NCBI GenBank assembly: GCA_026134085.1 | Contig: JAOQIN010000002.1 | Location: forward strand, 73,390-137,389 | Length of the DNA stretch: 64,000 bases | DNA from: Candidatus Methanoxibalbensis ujae | GTDB lineage: Archaea; Halobacteriota; Syntropharchaeia; Alkanophagales; Methanospirareceae | Direction of reading: 5' to 3' | In this document: in pieces, positions 36,211 through 48,787 of the stretch | Layout: the number at the start of each line of letters is the position of its first letter | Numbering within the stretch: position 1 is the first letter of the stretch | The notes under the pieces: model-generated | Databases searched by the model: none | What the model saw: only the letters and a program-made list of their open reading frames with translations | What the model was told of the DNA's origin: nothing | Position numbers and translations under genes: made by a program

Positions 36211-37732
36211 ATTTTCATTTGATCCTCCTACTTTATCTCACTGCTCCCGCAACGCATCACACTTATACACGATCCTCCCCTCACCACAGCATCAGCACTC
36301 TCCTCATCACAGCATCAGCAGCATCTGTGTCCCCCTGTTTTTCTTCACACCTGACAACAGCGCACACATGCCCCGCTCCCCTTTCTGAAATGCTCTGCGG
36401 CCTGAAGAAGGTTGTTGACAAGTATCATGTCAGTTTATGGGTGATGGATGAAAGGTTTTTGCGTTAAAGCTCTGTGGAGCTGTGCGATATTGTTCCTGAG
36501 CTTCAAAATTGGATCCCAAAGCCTCATTCTATCATCCCCCTTCTTTTTTGTTTAAATTAACGGCTTTCACAACATCTCTCATATCAGAGCAAACAAAAAC
36601 TTTCTCCTTTTTTGCGGGATTCAGATATTCATTGTTTCTCCACAGATAAAGAGCGCATCCCAAAACCCTCCATAATGATAGAAGCTGCCAAGTAGAGCAT
36701 GCCGTGAAAGAAATCTCCAGGACTTCAAACCCGACTGCCTTTTAAAAGAAAAAGGCAAAGGCTCTCCCCCACAGATCTTCTCTCTCTATAATTTTTTGGT
36801 CTTCCTCACTTTTTTCTCTATTCCTCTCATTTTCAATATTTTATTCCTCTTATTCTGTTGCTTATCTCAAATGCTGGATCTGCATTTATCAATGTGGTCT
36901 CCCTATTTCTTTATCCTGAATCTATGGTTTGTAAGTCATTGAATCATGTTTGCAGGAAACACACTGATAGTGGTTTTTATCCACCAATATGCTTATCTCA
37001 GACCCCTTCACTTATATCCGTCGTATATTCCCTAGCATAATAGAGTCTGTATCAATCAAATAGACATCCAATTCTGTATCTCTCAGACAGGATCAATTCA
37101 GAGATACGCTTATATGCTCCTGCAAAGCTATGCTGTGAATCGTTGATTTCGCTCTTATGTGGTCCTCATGCACAGCCTGTAGCATGTAAAGAATGCCATT
37201 GAAGGCACACCTTAAGCCCTTAGTCACCCTGTCCCCGGCTTCTCCGGCGGAAAATTTCCCATAGTTCATTCTCTTTAAAATTTTATTATAGATTAATACT
37301 AATATGAGAAAAATAATATTTTTTATTTATGTGATTTCTGTTATATTGAAATGAAAACATAAATGGTGTGAACTTATTTAATCATTCATTTTTCTATCTC
37401 TGATGCCATTATTCCGTTTGGACATGGATGCCCCAGGCGCACGAATGCTGTGACCACGCGCTTATTCCTTCCTTCTCTTTTTGCCATCGCATTTCCGGCA
37501 GAACTTTGTTGAGTCTCTCTCAACATCACAGGTATTCCTTTTATTTCCGCTGAAACCTGAGGAATCGTATCTTCCGTTCCTTCTGCACAGTGTCTCTCAC
37601 TCCTCTTTCATACTTCACCTTTGTGCCATTTCCCTCTCAACTGCCTCGCTGTATCTGCTTTTCTTGTGGATATGGAGGTGGAGAATCGTGGGCGAAGCGG
37701 CGGCTTCTTGCGGCTTTAACTCACAATCTGCA
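36211..37732. other. 1.5-kb stretch without credible genes, including a very AT-rich core (about 37260-37400)
   Basis: Only short or low-complexity ORFs; ORF 37481..38014 is antisense to the next gene. AT-rich block: tttaaaattttattatagattaatactaatatgagaaaaataatattttttatttatg. Confidence 0.5.
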
Positions 37733-38161
37733 TCAGGAGCTCAGTCTTCTGTCTTTTGGGACGAAGTTTCTGATGAATTTTCCATCGCCTTTGCCGCAGC
37801 CCAGGATGTAAGAGCGCCACTTCAGTATCACATAACCTCTCACATCGCTCTCCAGATCCTCACCGCGCAGCCACTTCTTTGCCTCCTCATCGCTCAAATC
37901 AATTACGCCCTTGCGAGCCTTTGCACCTACGAGAAAACTGCCATCCATAGAAAGGCGAAAGCCGTCCTTTTCAATCTTGCCGAAGTAAATGCCCTTATGC
38001 CTGACAAGAGATGATGAGATCGCCGAGCATTCCCTGAACGCATACACCTTGCCGTCACCTGTGAGATCAAAGTCCAGATGCTCCTCATCAACACCAAACT
38101 GCTCCTTCAAATATCTGATGCACTCCTCAACCGCCGCCTTACCCCGATGCCTCATTTGCAA
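37733..38161 (-). CDS. PUA-domain RNA-binding protein (Nip7-like / UPF0113-like)
   Basis: 142 aa with a C-terminal GYVILKW..ILGCGKGDGKFIRNFVPKDRRL pattern typical of PUA domains. The family call is tentative. Confidence 0.5.
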   Translation of the reverse strand: MQMRHRGKAAVEECIRYLKEQFGVDEEHLDFDLTGDGKVYAFRECSAISSSLVRHKGIYFGKIEKDGFRLSMDGSFLVGAKARKGVIDLSDEEAKKWLRGEDLESDVRGYVILKWRSYILGCGKGDGKFIRNFVPKDRRLSS

Positions 38162-38326
38162 TCTGGTTTATGTTGCAAAATGTTGCAGATATCAACTCAG
38201 GAGTCCTCGGGCATGCATCTCCACCATGCAAGCCTCAAGCTGTGAGAGTGGGAGACAGTTCACACAGCTCCGTGCTGAGATTTGGAAGTCAATCATAACA
38301 TCAATCTCAATCACAACATCAATCAC

Positions 38327-40320
<1,994 letters not shown>

Positions 40321-40386
40321 TTATATGAGCGCAAATCAAATAAATCTCTCCTGCTTTCTATGAGACCACACGAGACCACACGGGAC

Positions 40387-40785
40387 TCAGACGCCCCATG
40401 TCAGCCTGCTCTCAAGAATGTAATTCAGGAGAAATGCGCAGAGTATGCCGAAGATGTTTGATACAAGATAATAAAAATGAGCATGTTCCGTCAGCACATA
40501 CAGGACGGTAAGGTTCAATGCGATTCCGCCCGCACGCCATGTATTGCTCTTCGTCATGCGTATTATGAACTGCCGCACGCCGATCGTCTGTTTCTCTCTG
40601 AATGTCCAGCGATCATTAAGCATGAATTGAATGAAAATTGCGATTTCAATGGCAATTACAGCTGAAATGATGTAAAAAATATGCATAATATCTGTGAGAA
40701 GCCAGATGAAAAATGTGTTTATGCACATTCCTATCCCCCCTACAATGCAAAACTTGAACATGCGTGTGAACTCCTTATATTTCAT
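40387..40785 (-). CDS. GtrA-family membrane protein
   Basis: FKFCIVGGIGMCINTFFIWLL .. NDRWTFR .. four predicted TM helices. ATG taken at 40785 (the track ORF opens at 40875). Confidence 0.75.
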   Translation of the reverse strand: MKYKEFTRMFKFCIVGGIGMCINTFFIWLLTDIMHIFYIISAVIAIEIAIFIQFMLNDRWTFREKQTIGVRQFIIRMTKSNTWRAGGIALNLTVLYVLTEHAHFYYLVSNIFGILCAFLLNYILESRLTWGV

Positions 40786-41109
40786 CCAACATCTCCCCCA
40801 CATCACACTGCTCCAAGATTGGCTGCACGCTCCTCGTCTGTTGATGGGAGAAGGGCCTGCAGAAATAAAAAACAAAAACAGAAATAAAAAAAATGAAAAT
40901 AATTCTCCTCCCGAGCAGTTGCGGCGGTGGAGGAGTTGGACAGTGCAGAGTCCTCACCTCATGTCCATGTCATGTCCATCTGATGTCAATCAGCAGGTGC
41001 CATGCTCCAATCCGAACGAAACTTTATGCTTTCCACGCAGCATGATGCTGGCACGATTCTCTTCATTTGCTTTGCTTTTTTGTATCCTTCGCCCTCCTTC
41101 TTCTCCCGT

Positions 41110-41135
41110 CATTGACATCATGCATTGACATCATG
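41110..41135. repeat. perfect 13-nt x2 tandem duplication (intergenic)
   Basis: cattgacatcatg occurs twice. Confidence 0.95.
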
Positions 41136-41186
41136 AAGTGAAGAAGAAATGCCTAATATATTTAAGTGGGGTATTAAGGGATAGAT

Positions 41187-42452
41187 ATGTCATCACATGT
41201 GCTTCTGAGATATGATGATCTGCCGAAGATATCACTGCCGGATGGCAGAGATCCGAATGAGATATGCGTAAGCGACACGACGATAAGGGAAGGTGCGCAG
41301 ATGCCCGGTGTGGTGATGTTGAAAAAACACAAGGTGCGCATTTACGATTATCTGCAGCGCATAGGCATTGAGAAAACGGAGACATTCCTCTATGATGAGA
41401 GCGACAGGGAAGCGGTGAAAGAGATGCTTGACATGTACAGCACGACAGAGGTCACAGGATGGGCGAGAGCGAACAGGGAGGACATAGATCTGATACTGAA
41501 ATTTGATGAAATCAGTGAGACGGGCATCCTGATGTCCGTTTCGGATTCACATATATTGCAGAAAATAGGATTTGAAAGCAGAGAAAAGGCAAAAGAAAGT
41601 TATATTGATGTACTGGAGTATGCGGTTTCTCACGGATTGAGACCGAGATGTCATCTTGAAGACATCACAAGAGCGGATATTGAAAATTTTGTGCTTCCTT
41701 TTGTGCGTGAGATCCTGGATATAGCGCCGAATGCCATCATAAGAATATGTGATACGCTTAATTTCGGCATTCCGTTCATGGATGATTTCCCTTACAGCAT
41801 ACCTCGCATTGTGGAATCGCTGAAGGAAATAGGAGTCAGGGATGTTGAGACGCACATTCATGATGATTTCGGATTTGGCACTGCAGCATCAATTGCAGCG
41901 CTCTGGCACGGTGCCAACTGGGTGAATGCCACATTTCTGGGCATGGGGGAGCGTGCTGGCGTTGCTGAACTTGAGAAAATTATCGTTTTCCTTGAGCTGC
42001 GTGTTAAAGGCTTCCACAAATACAATATTGAGTGCCTGACTGAGTTCGCGGAGTATGTTGAGAGGGAGATGGGATTTCGTGTGCCCCTCAACAAAGCAGT
42101 GGTCGGCAAGAACGTCTTTGCGCACGAAAGCGGCATACATGCGGCAGGTGTCCTGAAGAACCCATTTGTGTATGAGCCCTTCCCGCCAGAGGTCGTCGGT
42201 GCTGAGAGGAAACTCGTAATAGGTGCAACATCGGGAAGAGAGCTTATCAGACACAAGATAGAGGAGATACTGCGAGAGAACGGAGTTGAAATATCGCTGA
42301 GTAAGAACGATGCTCGCGTTGAAGCTGTTTTCAAGGAGATAAAAGCGCAGTATGAGCGCGGCAGAACATCCTGCATCACTGATGAGGAGATGCGTGAATT
42401 CATAAGAATTTATTTCTACGACATAAAAGACGGAGAGGGGGAGGAAGAATAA
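41187..42452 (+). CDS. LeuA/homocitrate-synthase-family (HMGL-like) protein with variant active-site motif
   Basis: TIM-barrel carboxyltransferase pattern. DTTIREGAQ replaces the usual DTT(L/I)RDG(E/N)Q; the HIHDDFG (HxH) and HESGIH motifs are retained. Confidence 0.75.
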   Translation: MSSHVLLRYDDLPKISLPDGRDPNEICVSDTTIREGAQMPGVVMLKKHKVRIYDYLQRIGIEKTETFLYDESDREAVKEMLDMYSTTEVTGWARANREDIDLILKFDEISETGILMSVSDSHILQKIGFESREKAKESYIDVLEYAVSHGLRPRCHLEDITRADIENFVLPFVREILDIAPNAIIRICDTLNFGIPFMDDFPYSIPRIVESLKEIGVRDVETHIHDDFGFGTAASIAALWHGANWVNATFLGMGERAGVAELEKIIVFLELRVKGFHKYNIECLTEFAEYVEREMGFRVPLNKAVVGKNVFAHESGIHAAGVLKNPFVYEPFPPEVVGAERKLVIGATSGRELIRHKIEEILRENGVEISLSKNDARVEAVFKEIKAQYERGRTSCITDEEMREFIRIYFYDIKDGEGEEE

Positions 42453-42729
42453 GAGGAAAGATGCCGCTTCATCTGAATTTTTACATTAATTTAATTTTAA
42501 TCATAATCCATTCCTGCTTCTGCTTTCACTTATTTGAGCAAGCAAACATCCGCATCATAGCCAGCTGACTGGAATGCGATGGTTTTCCGCGCGGGTTTCA
42601 CGCCCGGACATTGTCAGTCTTCGTTGTATGCTCTGGGAGTTTGTGGCAAAAAGCAGGAAGAAAAGGAATCATGAATGGGACATTAATTTATGCATACATA
42701 TTTTATTGCTTCAGCTAAAGAGGGACTAA

Positions 42730-43140
42730 ATGATGGTTCTGGCATTTTCGGCATATGAGGAGGCATTGCGTGATGGTAGATTGCTGGGATTGAGGTGTGC
42801 AGCGTGCAACAAGGTGACGATTCCACCGCAGGCGGTGTGTCAGTGGTGTGCATCCCGCGACATGAAAGTGGAGCAGCTGAGCGGTGAGGGAGTTTTGGAG
42901 ACATTCACGATCATTCGTGTGCCTCCGGAGGGGTTTGAGGAAGAAGCCCCGTATATAGTGTGCCTGGTCTCTCTGAAAGAAGGCTGCAGGATAATCGGAA
43001 GACTTGACCATGATGTTGAGCGGGCAGACCAATCTCTCATCGGAAAAAAAGTGCGCATGAAAGGTGCATACACATGGAAAGGCGACAAGTTCTCAGCCGG
43101 GTCGCATTCCTGCCCTCTTTTTGAGACCGTAGAGGGATGA
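42730..43140 (+). CDS. DUF35 Zn-ribbon/OB-fold protein
   Basis: CAACNKVTIPPQAVCQWC zinc ribbon followed by an OB-like segment (GEGVLETFTIIRV). 136 aa. Confidence 0.8.
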   Translation: MMVLAFSAYEEALRDGRLLGLRCAACNKVTIPPQAVCQWCASRDMKVEQLSGEGVLETFTIIRVPPEGFEEEAPYIVCLVSLKEGCRIIGRLDHDVERADQSLIGKKVRMKGAYTWKGDKFSAGSHSCPLFETVEG

Positions 43141-43165
43141 TGATGATAATGATGATGGATGATGG

Positions 43166-44065
43166 ATGATGACGGAAGGAGGGGATACAATGCGTGGAGC
43201 TGCGGGTGAGATAAGAAAAGTGTGTGTCGTCGGATTTGGTGTGATGGGCAGGGGAATCGTGCAGATATGTGCGCAATCGGGCTACGAAACTTCTGTTGTT
43301 GCCCGTCGTGAGGAATCGTTGCGAGAGGGCATAGCTGCTGTTGAGGATGTGTTGAGGAAGCTTGTGAAGAAGGGTCGCATTGATGAGGATGATGTGGGGG
43401 CTGCGTTGAGCCGCATTCATACAACAACAAGCATTGAAGAAGGTGCAAAGGATGCGGATATCGTGATAGAAGCAGTTTATGAGGACATCTCGGTGAAGAA
43501 AGAGGTGTTTGAGGAGCTTGATAATATATGTCCGCCGCACACTATACTCGGCAGCAACACATCCACAATATCAATTGCGATGCTTGGTGCTGTCACAAAA
43601 CGTCCTGATAAGGTCATAGGCGTGCATTTCATGAATCCGCCGCCCGTAATCCCTGCTGTTGAAATAGTGCGTTCGCTCAAAACATCCGAAGAGACAGTGC
43701 GCAGGACAATAGAGTTTGTCCGCTCGCTCGGCAAGGAAACAGTCACGGTTAAGGACTCTCCGGGGTTCGTTACGAGCAGGATGATGGTGCTCATGCTGAA
43801 CGAGGCAGTTAAGATCGCGGAGTCAAACATCGCATCTGTTGAGGACATAGATAAAGTGATAAAGCTCTCATTCGGCTGGCCTATGGGCCCCTTTCAACTG
43901 CTTGACCTCATAGGTGTTGATGTTGTTGCGAACGCACTTAACGCTATATATGAGGAGACGGGATGGGAGCGATTCAAGCCAGCGGTTACAATGGTGCAGA
44001 TGGCTCGCGTCGGATGGAAGGGCCGGAAAACCGGAAAAGGATTCTATGATTACAGAAGCGCATGA
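43166..44065 (+). CDS. hbd: 3-hydroxyacyl-CoA (3-hydroxybutyryl-CoA) dehydrogenase
   Basis: Rossmann motif VCVVGFGVMGRGI, plus HFMNPPPV, PGFVTSR and PMGPFQLLDLIGVD. An alternative start is ATG 43190, preceded by ggagg. Confidence 0.9.
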   Translation: MMTEGGDTMRGAAGEIRKVCVVGFGVMGRGIVQICAQSGYETSVVARREESLREGIAAVEDVLRKLVKKGRIDEDDVGAALSRIHTTTSIEEGAKDADIVIEAVYEDISVKKEVFEELDNICPPHTILGSNTSTISIAMLGAVTKRPDKVIGVHFMNPPPVIPAVEIVRSLKTSEETVRRTIEFVRSLGKETVTVKDSPGFVTSRMMVLMLNEAVKIAESNIASVEDIDKVIKLSFGWPMGPFQLLDLIGVDVVANALNAIYEETGWERFKPAVTMVQMARVGWKGRKTGKGFYDYRSA

Positions 44066-44094
44066 TAGCGGCGCAGAAGCGCATGATAGCGGCG
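44053..44094. repeat. perfect 21-nt x2 tandem duplication containing the hbd stop codon
   Basis: cagaagcgcatgatagcggcg occurs twice. The hbd TGA is at 44063-44065, inside unit 1. Confidence 0.95.
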
Positions 44095-44113
44095 TGACAG
44101 GCGTCATGTTGTT

Positions 44114-44875
44114 ATGAATGAGATGGTTCTCATATATGAGAAATCGGAGGGAATCGGAACAATCACGCTCAACCGCCCGGATGTGCTAAACGCACTCAAT
44201 GCTGAGATGATAGATGCGCTGAGTGATGCACTTAAAAACGCTGAAAGGGATGAGGATGTGCGATCAGTCGTCATAACGGGTGCGGGGGGTAATTTCTCAG
44301 CAGGCGCTGACATCTCGGAACTCATAGAGAAAACGCCTATCCATGCAGGAGAAACAGCGAGGCGCATTCAGGAAATCACAATGCAGATTGAGAGCATGAG
44401 AAAGCCGGTGCTTGCGAAAATAAGAGGATACTGCCTCGGAGGTGGATTTGAAATAGCGCTTGCATGCGATTTCAGATTCGCATCGGAAGACGCTTCATTC
44501 GGATTTCCGGAGATAAATCTCGCAATAATCCCGGGAGGAGGAGGAACACAACGCCTCACAAGACTCATAGGTAAGACTGAAGCGGCTGAAATACTGTTCA
44601 CAGGAGAGCGAATACGGGCGGATAAGGCACTCTCACTCCACATACTGAACGCGGTGACAAGCGCAGCAGAGCTTGATGATGCTGTAAATGCATTTCTCAA
44701 AAAGCTGCATGCAAAAAGCGCAGTCGCACTCTCTTTGCTCAAGCGCGCGATAAACAGCGGTATCAACATGCCTCTTGAACACGCACTCATGACAGAAGCT
44801 GACTGCTTCACCATCGCATTCGCAACTGAAGACGCTCAGAAAAATCTCAAAGCATTCTTAAAACGTCGTAAATGA
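44114..44875 (+). CDS. enoyl-CoA hydratase (crotonase family)
   Basis: ITLNRPDVLNAL, ITGAGGNFSAGADI, GYCLGGGFEIALACDFRFA, FPEINLAIIPGGGGTQRL. Confidence 0.92.
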   Translation: MNEMVLIYEKSEGIGTITLNRPDVLNALNAEMIDALSDALKNAERDEDVRSVVITGAGGNFSAGADISELIEKTPIHAGETARRIQEITMQIESMRKPVLAKIRGYCLGGGFEIALACDFRFASEDASFGFPEINLAIIPGGGGTQRLTRLIGKTEAAEILFTGERIRADKALSLHILNAVTSAAELDDAVNAFLKKLHAKSAVALSLLKRAINSGINMPLEHALMTEADCFTIAFATEDAQKNLKAFLKRRK

Positions 44876-44957
44876 GCTGACTACCACCTCACATCATCAC
44901 ACCATCACACCATCTCATCACACTCATTCTCAATGATTCCGCAAAGCGCTGCTTGAG

Positions 44958-46181
44958 GTGCGGGGGAGGATGGAGATAAGAAGCAAAGGAGACGGCGATC
45001 TGATTTATGTTGTATGCATTGTGCTTGTTGTCAAGATTGCGCTGCTCGCAGTATCTGTGTTGGGCAGCATGGTTTTAAACAACCGGATCAGTGACCTCAC
45101 CGTGCTGTGGAACAGATGGGATGCACCACATTACATAGATATCGCGAAATATGGTTATAACAACACAGGAGAGCATAGATATTTCATTGTTTTCCTGCCA
45201 TTTTATCCTTTTCTCATAAAACTTCTGTCTTTCATAATGGATTATGAATATGCTGCATTGCTCATATCCAATATATGCTCCGCAGCAGCGGCGATATATC
45301 TTTTCAGGATTGCAAGTCTTGATCTGTCTGAGCGATCAGCACTGAGAAGCGTCATATACTTCTCCACATTTCCGACAGCATACTTCATGATCGCAGGATA
45401 TACAGAGGGGCTCTTTCTGCTTCTCGCAATATCATGCATGTATTATGCAAGAACACACAGATGGTTTATGAGCGGATTCTCAGGAATGCTCGCCACTGCA
45501 ACACGCATAACAGGTCTCGCACTCATCCCCGCACTCATAGCCGAATTCATAGTTCAGAAGCACGAGCAGCTGGGACAGAAGAAATGTGGACATCAGCAAT
45601 CACACGCAAAGCAGCAATCACACGCAAAGCAGCAATCACATGCAAAGCAGCAATCACACGCAAAGAAAGCAGCGGAGAAAGAAACAGCAGGAGCAACAGC
45701 ATCTATCCTGATGACACCCGTGGGATTTCTCATTTATCTGATGCTCAATTATGTGGTGTTCGGTGATGCTCTTGCTTTCATGCACTTTCAGCGGGAACAC
45801 TGGTTCAAGCACCTCGCACCTCCGTGGACGGGTTTTGTGAACGCAGTTGGAGGCTTTTTCTGGCGCCCTCAATCTGAGATTGCTCTCGTATGCATTGCGG
45901 AAATTGTGTTCTGTGTGCTGGGAATCGCCTGCATAATATATTCATTCATCACATCACGCATTTCATACAGCATATATATGCTTTTCTCGTGGCTTGCATT
46001 CACTTCATCCCATTTCTGGCTCAGCATACCGAGATATACGCTGTCTCTTTTTCCCATTTTCATAATATTTGCATCAATAAGCGAGCGCAGTGATTTTCTG
46101 CATCATACAACAGTGATCATTTCCACAATATTTCTTTCATTCTTCACAGTGCTTTTCACGCAAGGTCTCTGGGCGTTTTGA
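44958..46181 (+). CDS. integral-membrane glycosyl/mannosyltransferase (PIG-V-like) with tandem-repeat insertion
   Basis: Multi-TM protein. WNRWDAPHYIDIAKYGY resembles the PIG-V/GT76 signature as I recall it. The loop insertion is QQSHAK x4. Confidence 0.6.
   Translation: MRGRMEIRSKGDGDLIYVVCIVLVVKIALLAVSVLGSMVLNNRISDLTVLWNRWDAPHYIDIAKYGYNNTGEHRYFIVFLPFYPFLIKLLSFIMDYEYAALLISNICSAAAAIYLFRIASLDLSERSALRSVIYFSTFPTAYFMIAGYTEGLFLLLAISCMYYARTHRWFMSGFSGMLATATRITGLALIPALIAEFIVQKHEQLGQKKCGHQQSHAKQQSHAKQQSHAKQQSHAKKAAEKETAGATASILMTPVGFLIYLMLNYVVFGDALAFMHFQREHWFKHLAPPWTGFVNAVGGFFWRPQSEIALVCIAEIVFCVLGIACIIYSFITSRISYSIYMLFSWLAFTSSHFWLSIPRYTLSLFPIFIIFASISERSDFLHHTTVIISTIFLSFFTVLFTQGLWAF
45594..45665. repeat. 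18-nt x4 tandem repeat inside the glycosyltransferase gene
   Basis: cagcaatcacacgcaaag x4 with a single mismatch in unit 3 (45641). Encodes QQSHAK x4, in frame. Confidence 0.95.
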
Positions 46182-46255
46182 GACCTTCCTGTTTTCAGTT
46201 TCCGGTTGCGTGGGATGAGCTGTGTGTTGAAGTGTGAAATTTGTGCGAAGCGGGG

Positions 46256-48787
46256 TCATACATGAACGACGACCTCCACATCACTTATTTTGAATTCAAC
46301 ACGCTCGCTGTCTGCTTTTGCTTCTGCTTTTGCTGCGTGCCTGTCGCTGCTGCGAAGCATCACGGGGGAAGCAGTTGCATTTTTGAGGTCTTCGGTGTCT
46401 ATGGGTTCCGGTGAGAATATTTCTATTTTGCGAAGCGGTTTGTTGAGAGGTATTCTGCGCTCTGCCTTCAATCTTCTGACTGTGCGCACGATTTCAGCGA
46501 TAATGTCTCCCTCGTGCACTTCTTCAGGTTTCACATGAACATGAATTTCGGGCCATCTCTCCTGATGGACGCTCGGCTTCGCTGTTTTAACCTTTCTGAC
46601 GACACGCTGATACATCTCCTCTGCGAAGAAAGGCATGAAAGGAGCCAGAAGTATTGACAGCGTTTTCATTGTTGTGAAAAGAGCGAACCTCGCTGATTCC
46701 CTTCCGGAATCTCCTGACACTGAATCACCGTATAGCCTTGCTTTCGCGATCTCTATGTAGTCATCTGCGAGAATATCCCATGCGAACGCCTTTATGCGTT
46801 TCAGTGCCTCATCAAACTTGAATTTCTCCATAGCATCCGTGACTTCATCAACGAGCTCCTTCAATTTCGCGAGAAGCCATTTGTCAATCACATTCATCGC
46901 AGCGCAGTTTTCATCAGGAGGCGTGTAATCGGCGAGGTGTATCATTGAGAACCTGAGTATGCTCCACATTTTCTGCAGGAATTTTGAAGCTGCAACTATG
47001 TCTTTCCAGCGGAACTGGACATCGGAGCCTACAGCACCGCCTGTTGCAGCCCACTGTCTGAACGCATCTGCGCCGTGCTTGCTCACGACCTCATCAGGCG
47101 ATATAATGTTGTTACGTGATTTGCTCATCTTGAATCCGTCTTCGCCAAGGACCATACCGTTTATCAGTATCATGCGCCACGGTATTTCTCCCGTGAGTGC
47201 GAGCGTTCTGAGTATTGTGTAGAAGGCCCATGTCCTTATGATGTCGTGTCCCTGAGGTCGCAGCTCAACCGGCTTGTAATTGTTATTATTGTTATTATCA
47301 TTATCATTAAAGTTCCATCCGGCGACCCAAAGTGCGCTCAGTGACGAGTCCATCCATGTGTCGAGCACATCCTCCTCTCCGATGAAATCTCTGCTCCCGC
47401 ATTTCTCGCATGGGCTCTTTGGCTTCTCCTCAGATGCGTCAACTGGCAGCTCATCCTCAGATGGGAGCTTCACAGCGCCGCATTGCTTGCAATACCACAC
47501 GGGAATGGGCACAGCAAATATCCGCTGGCGTGAGATGCACCAGTCCCATTCCATGGAGTCCACCCAGTTCTCAAGGCGAAGTCTGAAGTGCTCGGGATGC
47601 CATCTTATCCTGCGAGCTGCTTCTTTGACCTCCTTCTTGGGAACGCGGATGAACCACTGCTTCGCCGAAATTATTTCAATGGGCGTCTTGCACCGCCAGC
47701 ACACTCCCACACTCTGCTTTATACGCTCCCTCCTCAGAAGAAGTCCTCTTCCCTCAAGATCCTCCACTATGCGATTTCTGCATTCTTCCACACTCATACC
47801 CTCGTATTTTCCTGCAGTGCCCGTCATTCTGCCTCTACCATCTATGGATACACGCAGCGGCAGTCTGTGCTCCTTCCACCAGCGCACATCCTGACGGTCG
47901 CCGAATGTGCATATCATGACAACGCCAGTTCCGAATGAGGGGTCGACATTCTCATCCTCAAACACGCGCACATGATGCCCGAATATGGGCACCTCAAGCA
48001 TTTCTCCTCTCAGATGGGAGTATCGCTCGTCGGAGGGATTGACTGCAACCGCAACACAACTCGCAAGAAGCTCAGGGCGCGTGGTGGCGATCACAACATC
48101 ATCGGATTCAGATGAAGAAGTCGCTGAGTCAGCTTGCACACGCTTGAACAATATGTAGTTGAGATATGATTCACGCTCCTCATACTCAACCTCGGCAAAT
48201 GCGATCGCAGTTTCGCAGCGGGGACACCAGTTCACCGGATGCTCCGCACGATATATCCAGCCATCCCTGAACATGCGAATGAATGAGCGCTGTGTGAATT
48301 TTTTGTATGAGTCGTCCATTGTCACGAACTCACGACTCCAATCAATTGAAAATCCCAATCTCCGCATCATCTCCCTCATCTGCTTTATGTTGCGCATCGT
48401 CAGCTCCTCGCACATCCTCCTGAACTCCTGCTTGCTCACCTCCCTCTTTGAGATGCGGTGCGTCTCCTCAACCTTAACTTCAGTCGGCAGACCGTGGCAG
48501 TCCCAGCCCTGCGGAAACATCACTTCATATCCCCTCATCCGCTTGTATCTCGCGATGAAGTCAATGTAACACCAGTTGAGCGCATTTCCTATGTGAAAAT
48601 CTCCTGTCGGATAAGGCGGTGGCGTGTCTATGATATAGGGTTCCTTCTCGCCAGATGCTACAGAAGCATCCTCATAATAATACAGCGAATCATCCCAATA
48701 CGACAGCCACCTCCTCTCAACTTCCTCAGGATTGTATCGCTTACTCATCTTCGCCAACTCCGCGTTCATCATGATCCCCCTCCTCAT
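46256..48787 (-). CDS. valS: valyl-tRNA synthetase
   Basis: [18 protein letters not shown] .. [17 protein letters not shown] (N-terminus like archaeal ValRS), and KMSKS motif FKMSKSRNN. 843 aa. Contains an Asn/Asp run. Confidence 0.88.
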   Translation of the reverse strand: MRRGIMMNAELAKMSKRYNPEEVERRWLSYWDDSLYYYEDASVASGEKEPYIIDTPPPYPTGDFHIGNALNWCYIDFIARYKRMRGYEVMFPQGWDCHGLPTEVKVEETHRISKREVSKQEFRRMCEELTMRNIKQMREMMRRLGFSIDWSREFVTMDDSYKKFTQRSFIRMFRDGWIYRAEHPVNWCPRCETAIAFAEVEYEERESYLNYILFKRVQADSATSSSESDDVVIATTRPELLASCVAVAVNPSDERYSHLRGEMLEVPIFGHHVRVFEDENVDPSFGTGVVMICTFGDRQDVRWWKEHRLPLRVSIDGRGRMTGTAGKYEGMSVEECRNRIVEDLEGRGLLLRRERIKQSVGVCWRCKTPIEIISAKQWFIRVPKKEVKEAARRIRWHPEHFRLRLENWVDSMEWDWCISRQRIFAVPIPVWYCKQCGAVKLPSEDELPVDASEEKPKSPCEKCGSRDFIGEEDVLDTWMDSSLSALWVAGWNFNDNDNNNNNNYKPVELRPQGHDIIRTWAFYTILRTLALTGEIPWRMILINGMVLGEDGFKMSKSRNNIISPDEVVSKHGADAFRQWAATGGAVGSDVQFRWKDIVAASKFLQKMWSILRFSMIHLADYTPPDENCAAMNVIDKWLLAKLKELVDEVTDAMEKFKFDEALKRIKAFAWDILADDYIEIAKARLYGDSVSGDSGRESARFALFTTMKTLSILLAPFMPFFAEEMYQRVVRKVKTAKPSVHQERWPEIHVHVKPEEVHEGDIIAEIVRTVRRLKAERRIPLNKPLRKIEIFSPEPIDTEDLKNATASPVMLRSSDRHAAKAEAKADSERVEFKISDVEVVVHV
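47281..47310. repeat. short tandem repeats (9-nt x2 plus 6-nt x2) inside valS
   Basis: tgttattat x2 then cattat/cattaa. On the - strand this encodes [10 protein letters not shown]. Confidence 0.85.

Noticed and set aside
36500-37450. A replication origin (oriC), based on the AT-rich core and proximity to gyrB.
   Set aside because: There is no orc1/cdc6 gene in the vicinity, no recognisable ORB or mini-ORB inverted repeats flanking the AT-rich core, and no way to compute skew from one window. It is retained only as a low-confidence alternative in the findings.
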